DNA from: Dehalococcoidia bacterium
Lineage (GTDB): Bacteria > Chloroflexota > Dehalococcoidia > Lucifugimonadales > Australimonadaceae
Assembly: GCA_965249185.1 (NCBI GenBank)
Contig: CBDFLS010000002.1
Span: forward strand, 461,594-525,593
Direction of reading: 5' to 3'
DNA: 64,000 bases
Positions 54,755-62,318 of the stretch are shown in pieces (positions within the stretch are counted from its first letter, which is position 1; each line of letters begins with the position of its first letter). The notes beneath the pieces are model-generated. The model saw only the letters and a list, made by a program, of their open reading frames with translations. It searched no databases and had not been told where the DNA came from. A program made the translations under genes and the position numbers.

Positions 54755-56074
54755 ATGGTACAGGCAAAGGTTAAAGACGAGAGCGAAGTCAGGGCGCTCC
54801 TGGTGAGGGAGCGAGCTGAGCTGGTCACAGCGGCGGGGGAGATCTCCGCAACGGAGAAGCCCTCGGAGGACCAGCGGACCCGCTTCGACGCCATCGAGGA
54901 GCGGATCGGCGAGATCGACGCGAAGATGACGGAGATCGACAAGGTGCGCGAGTGGGAGCGCGGCCAGGCAAAGGTCGTCGAGGGCGTGACTGTCGGCGAC
55001 AGCCCCTTCGTCTCGAAGGAGACCGCGCCCTACCCCTCCTTCGGCCACCAGCTCAGGGCCATTTACGACGCGACCCTCGGTGATGTCAGTGCACGCGAGA
55101 AGCTAATGAGCGTCCCGAAGTACCAGGCCGATGCCCAGGGCGCCGGGATTGCCATAGACAGTGACGGCGGCTTCCTGGTCCAGACGGACACCGCCTCGGA
55201 GATCATGCGCCGCATGAACGAACTTGGGCGGATCATCGGCCTGGTGCGGCGTGTCCCTCTGAGTCCCGCCGCCAACGGCATCGAACTCCGGGGCATTGAC
55301 GAGACCAGCCGTGTGGACGGATCTCGCTGGGGTGGGATCCGAGGTTACTGGGTGGAGGAGGGTGAGGCGCCGACGGATACCAAGCCCACCTTCTACAAGG
55401 TCCCGTTGAAGCTCAAGAAGGTGGCGGCGCTCGGCTACGCGACCGATGAGCTGCTTTCGGAAGTCGCTGCCATGACGACCATCTTCACGGAGGGCTTTGC
55501 CGAGGAGCTGCTCTTCAAGGTGGAGGACGCCATCTTCGAGGGCGACGGAGCTGGCAAGCCTATGGGCATCACCAGCGCTAACGCGGTGGTCTCGATTGCC
55601 AAGGAGGAAGGTCAGGCGGCCGCGACCATCGTGCACGAGAACCTCATCAAGATGTGGACCAGGCTGCACGCCAGGTCCCGCGCCAGCGCCGTCTGGTTCA
55701 TCAACCAGGACGTTGAGCCCCAGCTCGATGACCTGGCCAAGAACATCGGCACTGGCGGCGTCGAGCCCAACTACGTCACCTATGACACCTCCGGCGTCTT
55801 GCGCATCAAGGGCCGGCCAGTGGTGCCGGTGGAGTACGCGTCCACCCTCGGGACGGTCGGGGACCTCGTGCTGGCAGACCTAAGTCAGTACGCCCTGATC
55901 GACAACGGCGGAGTCAAGCAGGCCCAGTCCATCCACGTTCGTTTCACCACGGACGAGATGGCTTTCCGGGCCACCTATCGGGTGGACGGCAACCTCTTGT
56001 GGAAGAGTGCGCTGACTCCATTCAAGGGGACGAACACGCAGAGCCCAGTTCTCACCCTGGCCACCAGATCCTAA
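54755..56074 (+). CDS. Major capsid protein, HK97 family, with N-terminal coiled-coil delta domain
   Basis: ATG 54755 after GAAGGAGAG. The first ~100 aa are charged coiled coil. GGFLV, LKKVAALGYATDELL, FINQD, ADLSQYALIDNGG, FTTDEMAFRATYRVDG. Confidence 0.9.
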   Translation: MVQAKVKDESEVRALLVRERAELVTAAGEISATEKPSEDQRTRFDAIEERIGEIDAKMTEIDKVREWERGQAKVVEGVTVGDSPFVSKETAPYPSFGHQLRAIYDATLGDVSAREKLMSVPKYQADAQGAGIAIDSDGGFLVQTDTASEIMRRMNELGRIIGLVRRVPLSPAANGIELRGIDETSRVDGSRWGGIRGYWVEEGEAPTDTKPTFYKVPLKLKKVAALGYATDELLSEVAAMTTIFTEGFAEELLFKVEDAIFEGDGAGKPMGITSANAVVSIAKEEGQAAATIVHENLIKMWTRLHARSRASAVWFINQDVEPQLDDLAKNIGTGGVEPNYVTYDTSGVLRIKGRPVVPVEYASTLGTVGDLVLADLSQYALIDNGGVKQAQSIHVRFTTDEMAFRATYRVDGNLLWKSALTPFKGTNTQSPVLTLATRS

Positions 56075-56153
56075 ACGGAGATCCCAGCCCCATAAGCCAA
56101 ACGAAGTGCTAAGCGGAGATCTCAGTTCCACAAGCCTGCGAAGGAGAACAGCC

Positions 56154-56822
56154 ATGACCAAGCGATTCCGCACATTCAGCGTACTGATTCTGGCGGTGCT
56201 CGCCGCCCTGATGGCGGCTGTCGTGCCCAGCCTAGTTGAGGCTCCCTCAGCCCCCAGGGGCATCTTGAGCAAGAGCCATCCCGGCCCAGTCAGGCTGGGC
56301 GACCTGCTCGCGCGGGTCAAGACAGGGGCAGCGCTACCAGCCGTATCCGGTGCAGCTCAGCGGCTCGTGGAGAACGCGAACATCGTCTACGTCCTAAAGC
56401 CGGGGGACCATCAAGCAGGCGTGGTCGGCGATTCCATCAACGCAGGGAAGGTACATAGTCTCGCTTTCCTGCTCCAATTTGGGGCCCTGACTGGTGATGC
56501 GATCCTCAGCATCTACTCTGGAGCCACGGCCGCGACCAAGACCACGCAAGAAACGTTCCGCTATCGGCTGGCAGATGCCGTTCAAGGTAGCGCCACCGCA
56601 GACACCTTCGGAGCGTGGGCAACTTCCTCAGCTCTGACACTCACGGCGGCGACGTACCAGAACAAGATGCTGGTGGTGGAGATCGACTCTGACGAGCTGA
56701 CCGACGGCCAGAACTGGTGCACGTTGGATCTCGACTCTACCGCCTCGGCGCTGAACGCTTCGGTAGCTGCGGTCTGTGAGCCACGGATCCGAGCCAATGT
56801 GATTCCGACGGTGATTACGTAG
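56154..56822 (+). CDS. Hypothetical head-module protein with N-terminal signal-peptide/TM-like segment
   Basis: ATG 56154 after GAAGGAGAA. MTKRFRTFSVLILAVLAALMAAVVPSLVEAPSAP. The rest is beta-rich. No family recognised. Confidence 0.6.
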   Translation: MTKRFRTFSVLILAVLAALMAAVVPSLVEAPSAPRGILSKSHPGPVRLGDLLARVKTGAALPAVSGAAQRLVENANIVYVLKPGDHQAGVVGDSINAGKVHSLAFLLQFGALTGDAILSIYSGATAATKTTQETFRYRLADAVQGSATADTFGAWATSSALTLTAATYQNKMLVVEIDSDELTDGQNWCTLDLDSTASALNASVAAVCEPRIRANVIPTVIT

Positions 56823-56906
56823 CACGATTGCTGGAGGCCTTCGAGCAGTAGGCGACTCACGGAATCCGCTCCGCTCAGAGCGGGGCCAGAAGAAGGAGTT
56901 TAGGCC

Positions 56907-57638
56907 ATGCCGAACGTGGTAGGTAAGCGAATCAAGGGCAACATCGCGTACTTCGATTACGGCGCCCACCGGATGCGTCTGCTGGACGCCATCGGCCCAG
57001 ATGTCATCAAGTGGGAGCTGCGGCCAGACACCGCAGGCTTGCAGGACCAGGCCGGCACGGGGACCGACCCACACGGCGCCGTGACCACCGTTGTCGAGGC
57101 GGGCGCCGGCACGTCGGAGATGACGGCTTCCAAGACAGCGGGATACGCCGCCGAACTGGTGACCGCCGCCAACGAGAACGACGGCATCTCCGTGCAGATC
57201 GCCGACGAGAACTTCGAGTTCACGTCGGACCAGATCCTCTACTTCGGGATCGAGTTGGAGATCGACGAAGCGACTCAGACCGACTTCCTGGTGGGTCTGT
57301 GCATCACCGATACAGCCCTACTGGGCGGGCTCACCGACGGCGTCTACTTCGAGTCGGTGGACGGCGGGCTCGGGGTGAGCACGGTGACGGAGAAGAACAG
57401 CAGCGAGACCCAGTCGGACAGCGAGGGAACGCTCGCCGATGACACGCTGATGTACCTGGAGTTCTACTGGGATGGCACCGCCGTTTACTTCTTCATCAAT
57501 GGGGTCGAGGTCGGCAGGGTCACCCTCACCGTTCCAGACGACGAGGCCCTCCGCCCCTCCATCGAGTTCCTCACCGGAGAGGCGGTCGCCCACACGATGA
57601 AGATCCGCCAGGCGCGGTGCATCCAGATCGGGAGGTAG
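56907..57638 (+). CDS. Hypothetical head-module protein (possible jelly-roll/decoration protein)
   Basis: 243 aa. LYFGIELEIDEATQTDFLVGL, GVYFESV, LEFYWDGTAVYFFINGVEVG suggest a lectin/jelly-roll-like fold. No firm family. Confidence 0.6.
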   Translation: MPNVVGKRIKGNIAYFDYGAHRMRLLDAIGPDVIKWELRPDTAGLQDQAGTGTDPHGAVTTVVEAGAGTSEMTASKTAGYAAELVTAANENDGISVQIADENFEFTSDQILYFGIELEIDEATQTDFLVGLCITDTALLGGLTDGVYFESVDGGLGVSTVTEKNSSETQSDSEGTLADDTLMYLEFYWDGTAVYFFINGVEVGRVTLTVPDDEALRPSIEFLTGEAVAHTMKIRQARCIQIGR

Positions 57639-57640
57639 AC

Positions 57641-57892
57641 ATGACGGCAAGAAAGAGCAAGAACGCGGCGGCGGACCAGGCAGCGTCGGAGGCCAATGCA
57701 GCGGAGGATCGGGCGGCGACTGAAGCCAATGCAGCGGAGGCCCAGGCGGCGGCGGAGGCCAAGGTAGCGGCGGTGGAGGTGTATGCCGACCCCGAGAACA
57801 AGGGGACGGTGATCTTGGGCCGCTGGCCGGATGAGAGCGAGAAGGACGAGGAGTTCAAGGAGCGGGTGGCCAAGGCCAGGAAGGGCGGGTAG
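57641..57892 (+). CDS. Small Ala/Glu-rich phage protein
   Basis: 83 aa from ATG 57641. Repeated ASEANAAE/ATEANAAE. Confidence 0.5.
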   Translation: MTARKSKNAAADQAASEANAAEDRAATEANAAEAQAAAEAKVAAVEVYADPENKGTVILGRWPDESEKDEEFKERVAKARKGG

Positions 57893-57895
57893 TAG

Positions 57896-58192
57896 ATGGC
57901 TGTCAGGCTTGAATCGACCATCAAGCGGTTCATCGGGTCATCCACCGATCAGAAGCCCCGGCTAGGTGATCCTGGCATCGACAAGGCCACCGATCTTCCC
58001 GCCGGTTCATCCTTCCTGGAGGAGGACACCGGACAGGTGTTCCGATGGACAGGAGCGGTGTGGGCGGTAGCGGTCAAGGACGACAGAGTTGAGGTTCTGC
58101 TGACCACAATCTTGCGGCAGCAGAGAGCTGATCCTCCACTCCTGCAAGGAGATTCCGGATCACCTTCGGGTCGCGCAGACCATCATCCATGA
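57896..58192 (+). CDS. Hypothetical phage protein; 3' end probably mis-framed (see finding)
   Basis: The first ~75 codons are coding-like. The last ~23 codons have low GC3, while the +1 frame (58104-58331) is coding-like. Confidence 0.5.
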   Translation: MAVRLESTIKRFIGSSTDQKPRLGDPGIDKATDLPAGSSFLEEDTGQVFRWTGAVWAVAVKDDRVEVLLTTILRQQRADPPLLQGDSGSPSGRADHHP

Positions 58193-58327
58193 TCTTGACC
58201 TGAGCGTCCGGTACTACCACTACGAGCCCGCGCGCAACTGGCGGGAGCTGGCAACTGGAGCGCCTCACCAACCGGAGACGTGGCCGCTGGAGATCCTGGC
58301 AGCCACTCACAACATGGAGCTGGCGAG

Positions 58328-58585
58328 ATGAACGGAAGACTCAACCATCCCCGCGCCCGCTTCGACCGGTATGTCGAGCAGACATGGGGCAAGGAAGGGA
58401 AGGATTTGTCAGCCGAAGACCGGGACCTGGCCATTGCTGACTGGCAGGTTTCGGAGATGGCGCGCCGGCTGGGGAACGGTTCGCGCCGATGGCAAGGTAA
58501 GGCGTTGGACGTCACCGCTAGGGGTGGTCCCTGGGCAATGGCGATCACGCTAATGGGACTGCTGCTGAAGGGTTCAGGAGGGTAA
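58328..58585 (+). CDS. Hypothetical phage protein
   Basis: 85 aa from ATG 58328 (MNGRLNHPRARFDRYVEQTWGKEG). ATGA overlap with the stop of the frame-0 ORF ending at 58331. Confidence 0.55.
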   Translation: MNGRLNHPRARFDRYVEQTWGKEGKDLSAEDRDLAIADWQVSEMARRLGNGSRRWQGKALDVTARGGPWAMAITLMGLLLKGSGG

Positions 58586-58587
58586 TC

Positions 58588-58803
58588 ATGGTGAGGTTGT
58601 TGCGGTTCCTGGTCAGGCGGACACTCCAGAAGAAGATGCTGGAGCTGGGCGGTCCGCACGCGAGGGCTGGGGTCGAGATAGCCGAGTGGTTGGAGGCGGC
58701 CATTGCCTTCGGTCGGAAGCCCAGCAAGACGACTCTGGAAGCACTCCACAAGGAGTGGATGGGCGTTTACAACAGCTCTAAGCCGTTGCTGCCCACCGAG
58801 TAG
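58588..58803 (+). CDS. Hypothetical phage protein
   Basis: 71 aa. ATG after GGAGGG. Confidence 0.5.
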   Translation: MVRLLRFLVRRTLQKKMLELGGPHARAGVEIAEWLEAAIAFGRKPSKTTLEALHKEWMGVYNSSKPLLPTE

Positions 58804-58812
58804 GGAGGACCG

Positions 58813-59667
58813 TTGACCAACGCATACGTTGACCGGGCCACCATCAAGGCCATATTGGCGATCACCAACACGACTGACGACGTGCGCCTGTTGGCGCTGA
58901 TCGAGGCCATTAGCCGGCAGGAGGATGGCTACTGTAGCCGGCACTTCTTCTCCGTCACCCAGACCCGCTACTTCACCGGCAACGGAGGACCGCTGGTGGT
59001 TCTCAATGCCGATCTGATCGCGGTGACTACGCTCAAGGAGGACGATGACCGCGACTCCACCTGGGGACTTACCTGGGCGACAACGGACTATGAGCTGGCC
59101 CCCTACGACTCGATCCCAACAGGTGTAGTGGATCAGGAGACGACGCGGCCTTACGGATCCATCGAGGTGAACACCCGGAGCGATGGGGACTATAGCTATT
59201 TCGGCAAAGGCCAAAAGCGCTTCGAGTTGGCCGGGAAGTGGGGCTACAGCGAATCCAAGGAGGACAGCGGGGACACGGTAGGGGATAGCCCTCTGGCCGC
59301 CGCCGCCACTACGCTCAACGTCACCGCCGGTACCAACTTCAACGTGGGCGAGACGCTCCTCATCGAGTCCGAGCAGCTCTATGTCACCGCCATATCAAGC
59401 AATGCGCTCACGGTAGAGCGCGGGGTGAACGGGACCACCGACGCCCAGCACGAGAACGCCACGAAAATCAACATCATCAAGTACCCATCTCCCATCCGGG
59501 AGGCGTGCATCATCGAGACCGTCCGGGAATGGCAGATGCAATTGGCCAATTACGCCTCCAGCGTGGGAGTGCCCGAGACAGGGGAGGTGCGAGTCCTGGG
59601 CGGTGGGCTTCGGGACGTGAGTAAGCAGAAGCTCAATCCATTCAGATTGCTGGCGGCGGTGGTGTGA
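58813..59667 (+). CDS. Head-tail connector (gp6-like N-terminal domain) with extended C-terminal domain
   Basis: TTG start after GGGAGGA. ATIKAILAITNTTDDVRLLALIEAISRQEDGYCSRHF matches the gp6-like head-tail connector N-terminus. Confidence 0.65.
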   Translation: MTNAYVDRATIKAILAITNTTDDVRLLALIEAISRQEDGYCSRHFFSVTQTRYFTGNGGPLVVLNADLIAVTTLKEDDDRDSTWGLTWATTDYELAPYDSIPTGVVDQETTRPYGSIEVNTRSDGDYSYFGKGQKRFELAGKWGYSESKEDSGDTVGDSPLAAAATTLNVTAGTNFNVGETLLIESEQLYVTAISSNALTVERGVNGTTDAQHENATKINIIKYPSPIREACIIETVREWQMQLANYASSVGVPETGEVRVLGGGLRDVSKQKLNPFRLLAAVV

Positions 59668-59668
59668 T

Positions 59669-60085
59669 ATGGGAGCGATCAGTGACGCAGCTGGGGGACT
59701 GAAGACGCAGCTGGATACGATCAGCAGTTTCAAGACTGTCCTGGAGGGATCGACCGACAAGATCACCCAGCACCCATCAGCTGTCATAGCCCTGGAGGAG
59801 ATCAACTACCTGGTGGACATTGGAAGCAATAGCATCGTCGGCTTCTTCAGCATCACCGTGCGGGCCGCAGCCTCCCAGGCGCTCGTCGGCTGGCAGGCGC
59901 TAGAGGCCTACCTGGATCCCACGGGCACAGACAGCATCAAGGCCGCCATCGTGGCCGATCCGACACTCAACGGCAAGGTTGACACATCCCAGCTGGTGGG
60001 GGCCGAGGACATCGTGCGAGATCCCGACAACGCAAAGCTATTCATGGCGACCCTAACCGTCGAATGGGCGAAGGCAGTGGCGTAA
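59669..60085 (+). CDS. Hypothetical head-tail joining/tail completion protein
   Basis: 138 aa. Assigned by position between the connector and the gp10-like gene. No motif recognised. Confidence 0.45.
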   Translation: MGAISDAAGGLKTQLDTISSFKTVLEGSTDKITQHPSAVIALEEINYLVDIGSNSIVGFFSITVRAAASQALVGWQALEAYLDPTGTDSIKAAIVADPTLNGKVDTSQLVGAEDIVRDPDNAKLFMATLTVEWAKAVA

Positions 60086-60095
60086 GGAGCGATTG

Positions 60096-60575
60096 ATGCC
60101 AGGAGCATTCTCCGTGAGGGTCGAGGGTCTGGACACCTACAAGGCCAAGATCCGCGTGCTGTCCCCGAAGCAGAGCCGGGCAGTCTGGCGTAAGGCGTTC
60201 CGGGACACCGGCAGGACCATTGTCCAGAAGGCGGCCAACCGGACGCTCAAGGCGATCTCCCGGAGCCTCAAGGGGCAGCTCACAACTAAAGCCACGGCCA
60301 CCACGGCCAACGTGATTGCACGGATCGGGGCCAAGCCCGGAACGCGGCTGGCCTCCATCGGACACCTTCTGGAGAAGGGCACCTCGATGCACACCATCAG
60401 GGTCAGGCGCAAGCGGGTGCTGTCTGGCGGCGGACAGATCTTTGGCACGGAAGCTACCCACCCAGGCGCGCCGGCTCAGCCCTGGCTTGAGCCGGCACTG
60501 ATGGACAATGACGAGAAGATCAGGGATGACATATTGCAGCGGATCATCGACAACATAGACAAGGCGAGAGCGTAG
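60096..60575 (+). CDS. HK97 gp10-family head-tail joining protein
   Basis: ATG 60096 (GGAG 6 nt upstream). IGHLLEKGTSMH..PGAPAQPWLEPAL is the gp10-family pattern (HLVEFGT...PFLRPA). Confidence 0.65.
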   Translation: MPGAFSVRVEGLDTYKAKIRVLSPKQSRAVWRKAFRDTGRTIVQKAANRTLKAISRSLKGQLTTKATATTANVIARIGAKPGTRLASIGHLLEKGTSMHTIRVRRKRVLSGGGQIFGTEATHPGAPAQPWLEPALMDNDEKIRDDILQRIIDNIDKARA

Positions 60576-60583
60576 GAGGAGCC

Positions 60584-61300
60584 ATGGCGATCAAACTAGC
60601 AAACGAGACGCGGGTCTACCTGGTTCAATACGAGCTGAGCCTCGGCGGCCGTGAATACGCTATAGCCGCAGTCCTCGACACGGTTTCCAGCGAGGACCTG
60701 GAGGACCTGGTCCGCAAGGGGACCGCTGCCCTGGGGGCAACAGAGGCCTCCGTCTCAGGCTTGTGGGACACCGCAGCCACGGCCCTGGAGCCCGCCCTGG
60801 AGGCCCTGAACGGCACCGACACTGACCAGGTCCTCACGGTCCAACTGGGCACCGCTGTGGGCGACCACGCCATCATCACATTGGTGCGTGTCGTGTTGCG
60901 GGAGGCAGACACCCGGCTGGCCGACATGGCTGCCGTCAACGGCGGATTCGTTGGGCAGCAGTTCCCGGAGTACGCGATCGTCCTGGCCCCGAGGATCGTC
61001 GCCGCGGCCACCGGGAACTTGGCCAGCGTGGACAACGCAGCGTCGTCCACAGCCGGCGGAGCGTGGAGCCATCACGTCATCGCATGGTCCGCATCAGGCG
61101 GCAACGCCCAGTGGAAGCTCCACCTGGAGGACTCCGCTGATGATGCGTCCTGGGCTGATAAAGACGTAGTCACGGTCACGGCGGTGAGTGGGGCCCGCAG
61201 GGCGCTGACGGGAACCATCAGACGGTACACGCGAGCAAAGGCTGAGCTGGACGCATCGAGCGGGAGCATCACCTACACCATGGCCCTCTCTCGGGCATAG
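60584..61300 (+). CDS. Hypothetical tail-module protein
   Basis: 238 aa. ATG after GGAGGAG. No family recognised. Confidence 0.5.
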   Translation: MAIKLANETRVYLVQYELSLGGREYAIAAVLDTVSSEDLEDLVRKGTAALGATEASVSGLWDTAATALEPALEALNGTDTDQVLTVQLGTAVGDHAIITLVRVVLREADTRLADMAAVNGGFVGQQFPEYAIVLAPRIVAAATGNLASVDNAASSTAGGAWSHHVIAWSASGGNAQWKLHLEDSADDASWADKDVVTVTAVSGARRALTGTIRRYTRAKAELDASSGSITYTMALSRA

Positions 61301-61324
61301 CGACAAAAGGAAAGGAGGAAGATC

Positions 61325-61741
61325 GTGGCACTATTTCTGGTGAACGCAAACACTCTTCTGGACATTGATGACACGGGCGGCAGCGTGCGGTCCATGGAGG
61401 AGTACGTGGAGGAGATCCAGGGGGGAGGCATTGCCTTCGAGACCGTCGAGAGGCACCAGCTCTCTGACACGGTCAAGAAGGCCGGTGTGGGGCTCCAGGA
61501 GATGACGGTCATGACCATCCGTGGGAAGTACGACAACACGGCCACCTCGGGGCCGCACGTCGTGCTTTCCGGGCGTGCCGCTGCCAAGGATGAGAAGACT
61601 ACGACCTTCAAGCCCGATGGGACCAAGAAGCTCGAAGGCGAATTCACCGTCACGAAGTATGAGGTGACGGGCCGCAACGGCGAGTACGTGATGTATGAGG
61701 CGGTCATGGTCAACACCGCTGGAGACGCAGCCTGGTCCTAA
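61325..61741 (+). CDS. Putative major tail protein
   Basis: 138 aa. GTG after AGGAGGAAG. Lies directly upstream of the G/GT chaperone pair. Beta-rich (TVMTIRGKYDNT, FTVTKYEVTG). Confidence 0.5.
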   Translation: MALFLVNANTLLDIDDTGGSVRSMEEYVEEIQGGGIAFETVERHQLSDTVKKAGVGLQEMTVMTIRGKYDNTATSGPHVVLSGRAAAKDEKTTTFKPDGTKKLEGEFTVTKYEVTGRNGEYVMYEAVMVNTAGDAAWS

Positions 61742-61779
61742 GCGACTGTGGGAGTAAATAGGCCAAAAGGAGGGAACCC

Positions 61780-62139
61780 ATGGCCAGTAAGACAGTGGAG
61801 AAGACGGCCCCAGCGAAACCCGAGCCGAGGGATGGACTGCTTATTGTGGATCTGCCGACCGGGGGGTGGTGGGCCTTCGATCTCGATACCCCCATCGACG
61901 TATTCAATGAGAAGACCGCGGGTGAGGAAGCCGGCAAGTGGAATGTCATGGGAGCCTTCACTCATTCCTGGAGCTTCGACAGGAATTTCGATACGCCTGG
62001 GATAAACAAGGTGGGAGCGCGTGACATGACGAAAGCGCTCAAGGCGTGGAAAAAGGATGTGTTCCCTTTGTTCGACGAGCTGGTGGAGGATCAGGTGGAG
62101 GAGCCGACACCGACAGACTCGGCCAGCTCGCAGCGCTGA
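61780..62139 (+). CDS. Tail assembly chaperone (gpG-like)
   Basis: 119 aa with an acidic C-terminus, between the major tail and tape measure genes. Overlapped by a -1 frame ORF. Confidence 0.7.
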   Translation: MASKTVEKTAPAKPEPRDGLLIVDLPTGGWWAFDLDTPIDVFNEKTAGEEAGKWNVMGAFTHSWSFDRNFDTPGINKVGARDMTKALKAWKKDVFPLFDELVEDQVEEPTPTDSASSQR

Positions 62140-62318
62140 TCTACTCCGGCGAGCTGCCAGCGGACTGGAAATTGATGGCGACCTGGCGTGACTACTTCAC
62201 CCCGCAATATACGTGGGCGGAGTTCAGGGCGCTCCCGGTCGTTATGGTCGCCGAGACAGTGTTCTACGAGCAGGCAAAGGCCAAGGCGATAGAGACGTAC
62301 AGGAAGAACCATGCCTAG
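62025..62318 (+). CDS. -1 frame extension of the tail assembly chaperone (gpT-like part of a G-T fusion)
   Basis: Frame 0 is open 62025-62318 with no independent SD/ATG. It ends inside the tape measure start (ATGCCTAG). Candidate slip site G_AAA_AAG at 62049-62055. Confidence 0.6.
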   Translation, partial: HDESAQGVEKGCVPFVRRAGGGSGGGADTDRLGQLAALIYSGELPADWKLMATWRDYFTPQYTWAEFRALPVVMVAETVFYEQAKAKAIETYRKNHA

